Positions 36,002 to 45,679 of a stretch of 64,000 nucleotides of DNA are shown here, piece by piece. Below the pieces are notes generated by a model. The model was not told where the DNA came from. It did not search any database and was given only the letters and a program-made list of their open reading frames with translations. The stretch comes from Tannerellaceae bacterium (GTDB taxonomy: Bacteria > Bacteroidota > Bacteroidia > Bacteroidales > CAMTPD01): contig JBOGCF010000026.1 of NCBI GenBank assembly GCA_051656605.1, forward strand, positions 7,148 to 71,147. The letters run 5' to 3'. Positions within the stretch are counted from its first letter, which is position 1. Every line of letters starts with the position of its first letter. A program made the translations under genes and the position numbers.

Positions 36002-36009
36002 CAAAGTTA
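36002..36009 (-). promoter_or_regulatory. Candidate -7 box TAACTTTG for yhhQ
   Basis: TAnnTTTG match on the minus strand, about 27 nt upstream of the proposed aptamer and downstream of the M16 terminator. Confidence 0.45.
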
Positions 36010-36075
36010 CGGTTTTTATTTCTATTGCGAATCTAAATACTGTTAATGCGATGCGGAGACAAGTAGATTGCGAGG

Positions 36076-36129
36076 GAAGGAAGAAAAGAAAACCGGTGAT
36101 CTTGGGCTTTTTTGCACAAAATCACCGGT
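36076..36129 (-). terminator. Intrinsic terminator of the M16/cyclophilin operon
   Basis: Perfect 9-bp stem ACCGGTGAT / ATCACCGGT. On the minus strand it is followed by TTTCTTTTCTTCC. Confidence 0.8.
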
Positions 36130-36161
36130 CGTTATCCTTTGTTGTCTGTACGAATACAGCC

Positions 36162-37400
36162 TTACTTGTTGGCTTTGTAAAACAGCGTTGAGCAGTTGGT
36201 AGGGGCAAATACTTTGCGAGCTGTTGCTTGCACTTGTTCCGGAGTGGTAGCTCTGTAGCGAAGTACCTCGGTGTCGATGTCTTCGGCTTTGCCTACCAGT
36301 TCGTAAAAACAAAGACTCGAAGCCATGTTCGAATAGTGGATGTGTGAGAATAGGTGATTGGATTCGAACTTATTCTTCACTTTCTCCAGCTCGTTGTTGT
36401 CTACAAGTTCCTGACTCAACGCTGCGAGCTCTTCTTCAATTGCAGCATTGATGGTTTCAAGTGTATTGCCAGGCGTAGGTTTTGCCGTAACGTAGATGAC
36501 ACCCGGATCTATATCGCCCGAAATGTAAGCGTTTACTTCGGAGCAAAGTTGTTTGTTTTGCACCAAGTTTTGATACAAACGTGCCGAGCGGCCGTTGGCC
36601 AATACATCCGAAAGCATATCACAGGCATTGAAGTCGGCATCGGTACGTGAACACATGTGATAGGCTTTGAACAAGGCATCAAGAGGTACATCTTTGTAAA
36701 CCTCAAGGAAGCGAGCTTCTGTTTGCGGAGCTTCTTGTGCAATAGCACGAACCTTTATATCGCGTCGCGGAATCGGACCAAACCATTTCTCGGCTAGTTG
36801 TACCGCTTCTTTGAATTCGATATTTCCTGTAACGGCAACGATGGCATTGTTAGGTGCATAATGATTGTAGAAGAAAGCTTTTACATCATCTAGTGTTGCG
36901 TTTTCGATGTGAGAAAGATCTTTACCGATTGTAGGCCACATATAGGAGTGCGACTTGTAAGCAAGCGGTTTTAGCAAGTGCGGCACATCTCCATAAGGTT
37001 GGTTTAGTACGCGTTGCTTGAATTCCTCGATTACGACATGCTTTTGTACGTCGAGTGATTTTTGAGAGAAATCGAGCGAAAGCATTCGATCCGACTCTAA
37101 CCAGAAACCAATCTCTACGTTTTGTTTTGGTAAGGTAACGTAGTAGTTGGTATAGTCGTTGTTGGTCCAGGCATTGTTCTCGCCGCCGGCAAGCTGCAAG
37201 GGTCCGTCAAAATCGGGAATGTTGATGGATCCGCCAAACATAAGGTGTTCGAAGAGGTGTGCAAAACCTGTTTGATCAGGGTCTTCATCTCTTGCGCCTA
37301 CGTCATATAGCGTATTGATACATACCATTTGTGTGGTTGTATCTTTATAATGGATCAAACGAAGGCCGTTTGCCAGTTCATGTCTGTTTATTTGTGTCAC
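36162..37400 (-). CDS. M16-family (pitrilysin/insulinase-like) zinc peptidase
   Basis: HxxEH motif (GFAHLFEHLMFGG). 412 aa. Confidence 0.88.
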   Translation of the reverse strand: MTQINRHELANGLRLIHYKDTTTQMVCINTLYDVGARDEDPDQTGFAHLFEHLMFGGSINIPDFDGPLQLAGGENNAWTNNDYTNYYVTLPKQNVEIGFWLESDRMLSLDFSQKSLDVQKHVVIEEFKQRVLNQPYGDVPHLLKPLAYKSHSYMWPTIGKDLSHIENATLDDVKAFFYNHYAPNNAIVAVTGNIEFKEAVQLAEKWFGPIPRRDIKVRAIAQEAPQTEARFLEVYKDVPLDALFKAYHMCSRTDADFNACDMLSDVLANGRSARLYQNLVQNKQLCSEVNAYISGDIDPGVIYVTAKPTPGNTLETINAAIEEELAALSQELVDNNELEKVKNKFESNHLFSHIHYSNMASSLCFYELVGKAEDIDTEVLRYRATTPEQVQATARKVFAPTNCSTLFYKANK

Positions 37401-38077
37401 TTGTTTACGATTTTTAGTTTCATTTTTACGTCTTTCATCGGACGATCAGAGCCGTTTGTGTCTTGCTCTTGTATTTTCTCAATGGTGCGATGTCCCGAAA
37501 TCACTTCTCCGAAGATTGTGTATTTCCCATCCAAATGAGGAGAGCCGCCTTCAAGTTTATATGCTTCGCGTTGTTCGGGAGTAAACTCTCCGCTGAATTT
37601 ACCTTCCTCGATCATGTTGTCGAGTTCCATGTCTGTATAAATCTTACCCCAAACAATGTAAAATTGTGATGCTGACGATGCTTTATCCGGATTTATATCG
37701 TCGGGCGTACGTGCAGCTGCAAGCATGCCTCGTTTGTGAAAGTATTTTGGGTATACGATCTCTGCCGGAAGGGTATAACCAAGATCACCTTCTCCAAGCT
37801 CTGCGTCTGCTGTTGCATCTTTCGAATCAGGATCGCCTCCTTGAATCATAAAGTGCTTGATTACGCGATGAAACAACAATCCGTCGTAGAATTTCTCATT
37901 TACGAGTTTAATAAAGTTGTCGCGGTGTTGCGGAGTGTCGTTATAGAGTTTGACTTTTATTTTACCTTGATTGGTCTCGATTTGAACGATGGTCTCTTTT
38001 TCTTCTGCCTGCAAATTCATAGTTCCTACGAGAGCAAACAAGATGCCGATAGTGAAATGCTTAAATAGTTTCATCAT
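37397..38077 (-). CDS. Secreted peptidyl-prolyl cis-trans isomerase, cyclophilin type
   Basis: Signal peptide plus FHRVIKHFMIQGGDP, SQFYIV and YTIFGEVISG. It overlaps the start of the M16 gene by 4 nt. Confidence 0.88.
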   Translation of the reverse strand: MMKLFKHFTIGILFALVGTMNLQAEEKETIVQIETNQGKIKVKLYNDTPQHRDNFIKLVNEKFYDGLLFHRVIKHFMIQGGDPDSKDATADAELGEGDLGYTLPAEIVYPKYFHKRGMLAAARTPDDINPDKASSASQFYIVWGKIYTDMELDNMIEEGKFSGEFTPEQREAYKLEGGSPHLDGKYTIFGEVISGHRTIEKIQEQDTNGSDRPMKDVKMKLKIVNK

Positions 38078-38147
38078 GTTAATGCGTTAGTTGCAATACA
38101 AAGATATTAATTTTAATTAATCGAGGATAAAGCATTCACAGATAAAT

Positions 38148-38200
38148 ATCTAAAAAGCATCCTCTCTATTCGAATCTTAGCTCAAATAGAAAGGATGCTT
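38148..38200 (-). terminator. Intrinsic terminator of the fimbrillin-like gene
   Basis: Stem AAGCATCCT / AGGATGCTT with inner TCTATT/AATAGA pairing. TTTTTAG follows on the minus strand. Confidence 0.75.
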
Positions 38201-38224
38201 TCAGTGTAAAACAACGAGGTATAT

Positions 38225-39139
38225 TTATTGAATAGGATAAATCGGATTACCAGTTTCGTCTACATTGTTCCAAGCATTTACATATACTTCAGCAAAGTCA
38301 ATTTCATCAGCATTTACAATAGCCTTGAACAAATAGGAATTGCCCGCGCTAAGAGCTCCTGATGGAGCTGTAATTGCACTTGTATAAGTACGAGCCGCAG
38401 TTTCACCGTTGATAAGAACTGTAAAGGTTACTGCGATAGATCCTGAATAGGTAAGTGGCAGCATTGTGTATTGACAGTTCGTATTGGCAACACCCATATT
38501 AACAGGAGCTCCTAAAGTTGTAGCTGGCGTGATGACACCTGTTTGCAGATTCATTGTTGTTCCTTCTGTGGAAGGAGCAATCGTTGCAGATACAAGCTTG
38601 TTTATTTTAATACCAGTTCCTGCTGTCAAGTTAATGATAACTTGAGTGGCACGGTGATTAAGTGTTAGAATGCAATTGGTTGGTTGCGAGGCAACTTTTG
38701 TTTCAGACACTGCCCAAAGATAATCGATGCCATTTTTAAGAGGCTCAGACTTCCCGTCGGTGAATTTTACAGGAACTGTTGTGTTATTATTTGATACAGC
38801 ATAAAAGTCATATGTATTATTAGGCAAATACATATTGTACCCATTCATTCCGGCAAGAATACCAGGAGAACTGGCTTGATACAAACCAGCGGCAATTGGT
38901 GTGCCGGTTAGTTCCTTTACAGTGTCATTATAAGCATATATAAATACTTCATTCGATTGACGTAAAGGTGTTGCGGATTTCAACAGGTTTTGACTTTCAA
39001 CTCCGGCATTAAAACGCACAACATAATTTCCTTTGCCGTCAGTGTCACCCGGATTTGGATTAACATTGCAGTTGCAATCGTCATCGTCGCAAGCTGATGC
39101 TAATAGGACTAGTCCTAGTAAATAAAGAATCTTTTTCAT
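38225..39139 (-). CDS. Fimbrillin-family (Mfa/FimA-like) lipoprotein, tentative
   Basis: Lipobox LLASAC and a Thr/Asn-rich beta-rich sequence. DYLWA and LNHRATQVIINL resemble Bacteroidetes fimbrillin-like proteins. Confidence 0.5.
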   Translation of the reverse strand: MKKILYLLGLVLLASACDDDDCNCNVNPNPGDTDGKGNYVVRFNAGVESQNLLKSATPLRQSNEVFIYAYNDTVKELTGTPIAAGLYQASSPGILAGMNGYNMYLPNNTYDFYAVSNNNTTVPVKFTDGKSEPLKNGIDYLWAVSETKVASQPTNCILTLNHRATQVIINLTAGTGIKINKLVSATIAPSTEGTTMNLQTGVITPATTLGAPVNMGVANTNCQYTMLPLTYSGSIAVTFTVLINGETAARTYTSAITAPSGALSAGNSYLFKAIVNADEIDFAEVYVNAWNNVDETGNPIYPIQ

Positions 39140-39289
39140 AAAGCATTTGTATTAAATAAAGTAACATGTTAATGGAATTAACTCATTATCGATATTGTAA
39201 TAACATGAGCTTTATATCAAAGTTTTTCATTTAAGATTAGTCTTCTTTTTTTAGCGGAGTATTTATAATTTTTACAAAGAGAATAGTCC

Positions 39290-40018
39290 TTATTTTTCTT
39301 GCAAGCGTTTAATGGCTAGATCAAGAAGCATATCGTATTTCTTAATAGTCATGCTTTGCCATCTAAGCTTAACGTCAAGTTCTTCCTCAGGCGAAAGTTG
39401 CCAATTGATGTCACTCGTTCTCATTTTCGCAGTAGTAGCATAAAGCATTAAAGCAGCGCAAACCGAGATGTTGTAGCTTTCTGTAAATCCATACATGGGC
39501 ATTTTTACAAATCCGTCCGCATGCTTGATTACCTCATCCGATATACCTGTATGTTCGGTTCCGAATACAAGAGCTGTTTTCTCTGTAATATCCAGATCTT
39601 CTACCATACAGTCTTGCTCGTGAGGCATGGTCGCGATGATTTTATAACCCTCTTGTTTTAGAGTAGCAATCAGCGTAGATAGGTTGTTGCCATCGCGAGG
39701 TCCGAAACGGTGGTAATCGATCCATTTCTCGGCACCCGATGTAGGTCCCGGGCTAACTTTAAACTGGTGTTCGCGCTCGAGAATATACAGGTCTTGAATA
39801 CCAAAGCAGTCACACGAGCGCATTACGGCACTAGCGTTGTGCGGGTGTTCGATATCTTCCAGCACAACAGTAAGGTGTTTGGTTCGGTTCTTGATGTTTT
39901 TTTCAAAAAGGCTAAGCTTATTTTCTGTACAGAACTCGCTTAGTATTTGATAGATTTCTTGTTTTTCTTCAAACGAAAAAGAGGCCAATTTAGAAGGCTT
40001 ATCTTGAATTAATGGCAT
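39290..40018 (-). CDS. SpoU/TrmH-family RNA 2'-O-methyltransferase
   Basis: SPOUT knot motifs (HPHNASAVMRSCDCFG, ALVFGTEHTGIS, KMPMYGFTESYNISVCAA). Confidence 0.85.
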   Translation of the reverse strand: MPLIQDKPSKLASFSFEEKQEIYQILSEFCTENKLSLFEKNIKNRTKHLTVVLEDIEHPHNASAVMRSCDCFGIQDLYILEREHQFKVSPGPTSGAEKWIDYHRFGPRDGNNLSTLIATLKQEGYKIIATMPHEQDCMVEDLDITEKTALVFGTEHTGISDEVIKHADGFVKMPMYGFTESYNISVCAALMLYATTAKMRTSDINWQLSPEEELDVKLRWQSMTIKKYDMLLDLAIKRLQEK

Positions 40019-40048
40019 ATTATTTTGAAAGATTTGTTGAGTAATGTA

Positions 40049-40264
40049 TTAAACCGTACGTTTTACGCTTCCGCTCCATGAGCAGCCTAAGCAATAAATT
40101 ATTTCCGTATCGAAGCCCTCTAAAGTTTCTCCTTCCTTTGCCGGTACAATCTCATAATCTGCAGTAACTTTTACAAGGCGTCTGTCTCCATTCTCGTTTT
40201 TGATATAAAATCCCGATATCTTGCATTGAGGACAAAGTCTATGTTTTCTTTTGCTAATCATCAT
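40049..40264 (-). CDS. Small zinc-ribbon protein, function unknown
   Basis: 71 aa with CPQC ... CLGC cysteine pairs. Codon usage looks coding. Confidence 0.5.
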   Translation of the reverse strand: MMISKRKHRLCPQCKISGFYIKNENGDRRLVKVTADYEIVPAKEGETLEGFDTEIIYCLGCSWSGSVKRTV

Positions 40265-40337
40265 TTTGTGTTTAGGTTCAATACAAAAGTACTGAATAAT
40301 TTAGTAAGTTCGTTCTTCTTTAAATACAATTGGTACC

Positions 40338-41228
40338 ATGCACGAACACACAACTCATATTTTACGCGAGATAACGCCTTTGTCCGATTCCGATTGTTTC
40401 TACATCGTCGAGCGCTATAAAGGAGAGTTTACTTATCCACTTCATAATCACTTGGAGTTCGAACTTAATTACATTGAAAGTGGCACTGGTTTGCAACGGA
40501 TCGTAGGAGATTCGGTAGAAACAATCGGTGCGTATGACTTGGTTTTGATTACAGGAAAAGAGCTGGAGCACACTTGGCGACAAGCCGAATGTAATTCACC
40601 GCGAATCCGAGAGATTACGATTCAGTTTTCACAAGACTTGTTGTCGAAAAGTTTTATCGATAAGAATCAGTTTGCCTCAATACGTCTTATGCTCGAGAAG
40701 GCCCAAAATGGTCTTGTCTTTCCAATGCCGGCAATCATGAAGGTGTATAGTCTTATCGATTCGATGGTTAGTGAAACGCAGGGTTTCTATACCTTCCTCA
40801 AGTTTCTGTCTATTTTATATGAATTATCAATCACAAGTGATTATAGAACCTTGTCTAGTTCGTCGTTTGCAAAAGCCGATATTACCTACGACAGTAGAAG
40901 GGTACAAAAAGTACAGAACTACCTAAAGGAGCACTATATGGATGATATTGCATTGGAAGACTTGTCTCTGTTAGTTGGCATGACTCCTTCTGCCTTTAGT
41001 CGTTTCTTTAAGTTGCGAACCGGCAAGAATCCTACCGAGTACATTACCGAAATCCGTTTAGGGTATGCCGCACGTATGCTTGCCGACTCCACAAAGAGTG
41101 TGGCCGAGATTTGTTACGATTGCGGGTTTAACAACTTGTCGCACTTTAACCGTATTTTTAAACGAGATAAAGGATGTACTCCGACCGACTTTCGAGAAAA
41201 CTTCCGCAAAAAGAAGATTCTGATTTAA
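40338..41228 (+). CDS. AraC-family transcriptional regulator
   Basis: N-terminal cupin-like sensor and a C-terminal HTH_18 domain (LSLLVGMTPSAFSRFFK, CGFNNLSHFNRIFK). Confidence 0.9.
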   Translation: MHEHTTHILREITPLSDSDCFYIVERYKGEFTYPLHNHLEFELNYIESGTGLQRIVGDSVETIGAYDLVLITGKELEHTWRQAECNSPRIREITIQFSQDLLSKSFIDKNQFASIRLMLEKAQNGLVFPMPAIMKVYSLIDSMVSETQGFYTFLKFLSILYELSITSDYRTLSSSSFAKADITYDSRRVQKVQNYLKEHYMDDIALEDLSLLVGMTPSAFSRFFKLRTGKNPTEYITEIRLGYAARMLADSTKSVAEICYDCGFNNLSHFNRIFKRDKGCTPTDFRENFRKKKILI

Positions 41229-41349
41229 GTACAACCCTTCATTTTGAAAATAGTAAAAGTATCACGAACTGATAAGAAAGTATTAGCGAACTTCTGCTTT
41301 GAATCAGATATTTGTAGGACTTTATTTATATAGTCCCTAAAACTATTAT

Positions 41350-42528
41350 TTGATGAAAAGTTTCAAAGAAAGAATGGAGCTCCTTTTTGCAAAGCAAGAG
41401 GTGTTGTTGAGTAAATCTCAAGTTGTACTTGAGAGTGAAAATGGTATTTATAATCGCTGCCAAAACCCTGTGGTAACCGCTTCTCATATTCCGCTTACGT
41501 GGCGGTATGATTTTGATGAGAAACAAAATCCGTACTTGATGGAACGCATTATGATGAACGCGGCGTTTAATGCGGGAGCTGTAAAATGGAACGATAAATA
41601 CCTGTTAGTTGTGCGTGTAGAGGGTGCAGATCGTAAATCTTTCTTTGCAATAGCCGAAAGTCCGAACGGGCTTGATAATTTCCGCTTTTGGGAATACCCG
41701 ATTGATCTTCCTCTCGATAATGAGGTTGAAACCAACGTATATGATATGCGCATTACCGTGCATGAAGACGGCTGGATTTACGGAGTATTTTGTGCCGAAA
41801 TGAAAGATCCGAACGCACCCGAAGGCGACTTGTCTTCAGCGTGTGCCAATGCCGGTGTGGTGCGTACCAAAGACTTTATCCAGTGGGAGCGTTTGCCAAA
41901 TATTCAATCCAAGTCGCAACAGCGTAACGTGGTACTACATCCCGAATTTGTAACCGGGAAATATGCTTTGTATACCCGTCCGCAAGACGGATTTATCGAT
42001 ACGGGCAAAGGCGGAGGTATTGGTTGGGCGTTGGTTGAAAACATGGAAAAGGCTGTAATTAACGAAGAACAGATCATAGACTCCCGTCACTACCATACGA
42101 TCAAAGAATTAAAGAATGGTGAAGGTCCGCACCCGATAAAAACACCTAAAGGTTGGTTACATCTGGCTCATGGAGTAAGAGGTTGTGCTGCCGGGTTACG
42201 CTATGTTTTGTATTTGTATATGACATCGCTCGAAGATCCGACCAAGGTAATTGCTTCTCCCGGCGGCTACTTTATGGCTCCCGAAGGAGAGGAACGCATC
42301 GGAGATGTCTCGAATGTACTTTTCTCGAATGGCTGGATTGCCGATGAAGATGGCACGGTTTATATTTATTATGCATCGTCTGATACGCGCATGCACGTTG
42401 CAGTCTCATCAATAGATCAAATGATCGATTATTGTTTCAATACACCCGAAGACGGCTTGTATTCAAATACTTCTGTAGACCAAATATGCAAGCTGATTGA
42501 TAAAAATAAGGAAGTAATTAAAGGATAA
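41350..42528 (+). CDS. GH130 beta-mannoside phosphorylase (4-O-beta-D-mannosyl-D-glucose phosphorylase-like)
   Basis: 392 aa. [29 protein letters not shown]...[21 protein letters not shown] is typical of GH130 subfamily 1, as I recall it. Confidence 0.8.
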   Translation: MMKSFKERMELLFAKQEVLLSKSQVVLESENGIYNRCQNPVVTASHIPLTWRYDFDEKQNPYLMERIMMNAAFNAGAVKWNDKYLLVVRVEGADRKSFFAIAESPNGLDNFRFWEYPIDLPLDNEVETNVYDMRITVHEDGWIYGVFCAEMKDPNAPEGDLSSACANAGVVRTKDFIQWERLPNIQSKSQQRNVVLHPEFVTGKYALYTRPQDGFIDTGKGGGIGWALVENMEKAVINEEQIIDSRHYHTIKELKNGEGPHPIKTPKGWLHLAHGVRGCAAGLRYVLYLYMTSLEDPTKVIASPGGYFMAPEGEERIGDVSNVLFSNGWIADEDGTVYIYYASSDTRMHVAVSSIDQMIDYCFNTPEDGLYSNTSVDQICKLIDKNKEVIKG

Positions 42529-42642
42529 TGTCATAATAGTATCATATTTTGATAAATAGCTATTAGTTCCCTGCATTGTTAGCCCATACATTTGCATTCA
42601 TAATATTTTTTAATCTTAAAATCATTTGAAAAAACTAATGCT

Positions 42643-45600
42643 ATGAGAATGAAAAAGAAACTAAGTTTTCTTTTACTATTCTCTATTCTGACAACGATTG
42701 CGTTTGCTCAGAGTATGCGAACAGTAAAAGGTGTAGTGAAAGACAAAGGAGATCAAAGTCCGATGGTCGGTGTCAATGTTTTGGTGAAAGGCACAACACA
42801 CGGTACTTCTACCGATGTAGACGGCAACTACCAAATAGAAGTAGGAAACAATGCCGTTCTTGTATTCTCCTTTGTGGGGATGGGAAAACAAGAGATTCCC
42901 GTAAAGAATCAGAGCGAGATAAACGTGCTGATGACACCGGATCAAGAACTGGAAGAAGTTGTTGTTATTGGATACGGAACCATAAAGAAGAGTGATCTCA
43001 CCGGAGCGGTTTCGTCCATTTCAGCTAAAGATCTACAGGCAGATGTGCAAAAGGATGTGGCTTCGGCAATGCAGGGACGTATAGCAGGTGTTTCGGTAAC
43101 GTCAAGTTCAGGACAACCAGGCGGGTCTATGAACATCAATGTACGCGGACTAAGTTCGCTAGGTAATAATACTCCGCTTTATGTAATTGATGGCGTTTAC
43201 GGAGATATCAATACGGTAGATCCGGAAGATATTGCTTCGCTGGAAGTATTGAAAGATGCATCGGCGGCAGCTATTTACGGATCTCGAGCAGCAAACGGTG
43301 TAGTTTTGATTACAACCAAAGGAGGGAAAAAGAGTACACCACTCACCGTCAATGTAAATGTGTTTGGCGGTTTGCAAACAACGCCTAAGAAGTTAGACTT
43401 GCTCAACGGTGAGCAATGGGTTGGTTTATTGAATGGTGCCGGAGTCGACATCCCGATGAAAAGCTTCGAAGGCCCGGGAACAAACTGGCAAGACGAAGCC
43501 TTTCGTACGGCTCCGATGGTAAAAGCAAACCTATCTTTGAATGGTGGTACAGACAATGCCACATACTTGGTATCTACAGGCGTTTTGTCGCAGGATGGTA
43601 TCATTCGTTCTACCGATTACAGCTCATTTAATCTACGTGCTAAAACAGACTTCTCCCTATTCAACGATCATTTACGTATCGGCGAAACACTTATATTCAA
43701 GAACTCCCGCATGCGCAATTACGAAGGTGGAGTTACCAATATTTTGCGTATGCCTTCTGTTTTGCCGGTTTATGATGAAAACCGTATCGGAGGCTTTTCC
43801 GCACCGGAAACATGGATGAAGAATATGGCCAATCCGGTAGGAGAATTGATGGTAAACAACAATACCGATCATGTAACCGAAATCTTGTTAAATGCCTTTG
43901 CTGAGTTAGATCTTTACAAAGGGTTGAAATACAAACTAAATGTAGGGTATAATAAAAACAACGGTCGCACATACAACAAGATTGGTGTCTATGACTTCGG
44001 AGTTGCCGGCAAGAACGATGCTGCCGACCTTGACGAGAGTGCTTTCTTTAGCGATTCGTGGTTGGTAGAGAACACCTTGCACTACGATCAAACGTTTAAG
44101 AAGAATACCATTTCAGCCTTTGTCGGTTACACAGCACAAAAGGCATCCTATCGCACGTTTGGTGCAAGTCGCCTCGATTTGCCCGAAGGAACAGATGTAA
44201 TCAGTGCCGGCTCTTCTTCTACACAAAAAGCTACCGGCAGTGCCAATGAGAACTCACTCGTATCTATGCTGGGGCGTGTCAATTACAGTTATGACTCACG
44301 TTACATGATTTCGGCGTCGATACGTCGCGATGGTTCATCCCGTTTTGCCAAGGGGCATCGTTACGGTTGGTTCCCTTCGGCCTCTGTGGGTTGGAACATG
44401 CAGAATGAAAAGTTCTTTGCACCGCTAACCAAAGTGGTAGATCAATTGAAACTGAGAGCCAGTTACGGAAAACTGGGCAACCAAGACGTTGGTAATTACC
44501 TTACACAATCCATCGTTTCGTATGGGATGCACTATGTTCAAGGCGGCAGTCCGGCTTGGTGGTTGGGGCAAATACCCGGAGCAAATTGGGCATCGCCAAA
44601 AGATCTTACATGGGAAGAAACAGGAACGTTCAACTTCGGTTTCGACCTTTCGATGTGGGACAACCGCTTCTCGATGTCGTTGGATGCTTATAAACAAGAA
44701 ACCCAAAACGTATTGTTGAGCATTTCGATGCCACCATCTACCGGTATGGGTGGATCCCCTACGATGAATGCCGGAACCATTGTAAACAAAGGTGTTGAAC
44801 TAGCTTTCAACCACCGCAATACCATCAATGAATTCAACTACAACATTGGCCTGAACCTGACTACAATCAAAAATAAAGTGAAGGACGTGACAGTGGGTAA
44901 CAAGCAAGAATTCTCCGGTTTCAGTCCGTGGGGCGAAGGCGTTATCTCGTGGGCAAAAGTAGGTGAGCCTATCGGTTCGTTCTATTTATTGCAAACAGAC
45001 GGAATTTTCCAATCGCAGGAAGAAGTACTTGCACACAGTAAAGACGGCGTGTTGATACAAAAACAAGCCGAGCCGGGCGATATCCGTTACGTCGATTACA
45101 ACGGAGACGGCAAGATTACTGTAGATGGAGACGCACAGTATGCGGGAAGTCCGTTCCCGGATCTAACGATGGGGCTACGTGCCGGACTCGACTGGAGAGG
45201 TATCGACTTTACGATGTTTTTCGACGGCACCTTCGGTAACAAAATCTACAACCACACACGTGCCAGATCGGAACAAATGAAAGAGGTTCAGAACTTCTCT
45301 ACAACTGTTCTTGATTACTGGACTCCTACCAACACAAACACCGATATGCCTCGTTTCATTCCTACCGACCCCAACAATAACGCAGAGCGTGTAAGTGATC
45401 GTTGGCTCGAAGACGGATCTTTCTTCCGATTGAAAACATTGGAACTGGGATACACATTGCCCGAAAATGCAGTAAGCAAGCTTCGTCTCAGTAGATTGCG
45501 TGTATATGCATCGTTCGAGAACTTATTCACCGCAACAAAGTATAAAGGTTATACTCCCGACTTAGGACAATACGACGGTGTATTCACGCGTGGTGTCGAT

Positions 45601-45657
45601 GTAGGTCGCTATCCTATTCCGCGCACCTATATGATGGGTATTCAACTTGATTTCTGA
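42643..45657 (+). CDS. susC: SusC-family TonB-dependent outer-membrane transporter
   Basis: 1004 aa with a signal peptide, a carboxypeptidase-regulatory-like N-domain (VKGVVKD...DVDGNYQI), a plug (NINVRGLSS) and a C-terminal F. Confidence 0.93.
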   Translation: MRMKKKLSFLLLFSILTTIAFAQSMRTVKGVVKDKGDQSPMVGVNVLVKGTTHGTSTDVDGNYQIEVGNNAVLVFSFVGMGKQEIPVKNQSEINVLMTPDQELEEVVVIGYGTIKKSDLTGAVSSISAKDLQADVQKDVASAMQGRIAGVSVTSSSGQPGGSMNINVRGLSSLGNNTPLYVIDGVYGDINTVDPEDIASLEVLKDASAAAIYGSRAANGVVLITTKGGKKSTPLTVNVNVFGGLQTTPKKLDLLNGEQWVGLLNGAGVDIPMKSFEGPGTNWQDEAFRTAPMVKANLSLNGGTDNATYLVSTGVLSQDGIIRSTDYSSFNLRAKTDFSLFNDHLRIGETLIFKNSRMRNYEGGVTNILRMPSVLPVYDENRIGGFSAPETWMKNMANPVGELMVNNNTDHVTEILLNAFAELDLYKGLKYKLNVGYNKNNGRTYNKIGVYDFGVAGKNDAADLDESAFFSDSWLVENTLHYDQTFKKNTISAFVGYTAQKASYRTFGASRLDLPEGTDVISAGSSSTQKATGSANENSLVSMLGRVNYSYDSRYMISASIRRDGSSRFAKGHRYGWFPSASVGWNMQNEKFFAPLTKVVDQLKLRASYGKLGNQDVGNYLTQSIVSYGMHYVQGGSPAWWLGQIPGANWASPKDLTWEETGTFNFGFDLSMWDNRFSMSLDAYKQETQNVLLSISMPPSTGMGGSPTMNAGTIVNKGVELAFNHRNTINEFNYNIGLNLTTIKNKVKDVTVGNKQEFSGFSPWGEGVISWAKVGEPIGSFYLLQTDGIFQSQEEVLAHSKDGVLIQKQAEPGDIRYVDYNGDGKITVDGDAQYAGSPFPDLTMGLRAGLDWRGIDFTMFFDGTFGNKIYNHTRARSEQMKEVQNFSTTVLDYWTPTNTNTDMPRFIPTDPNNNAERVSDRWLEDGSFFRLKTLELGYTLPENAVSKLRLSRLRVYASFENLFTATKYKGYTPDLGQYDGVFTRGVDVGRYPIPRTYMMGIQLDF

Positions 45658-45679
45658 TAATCTACTTAATCTATTCGAT

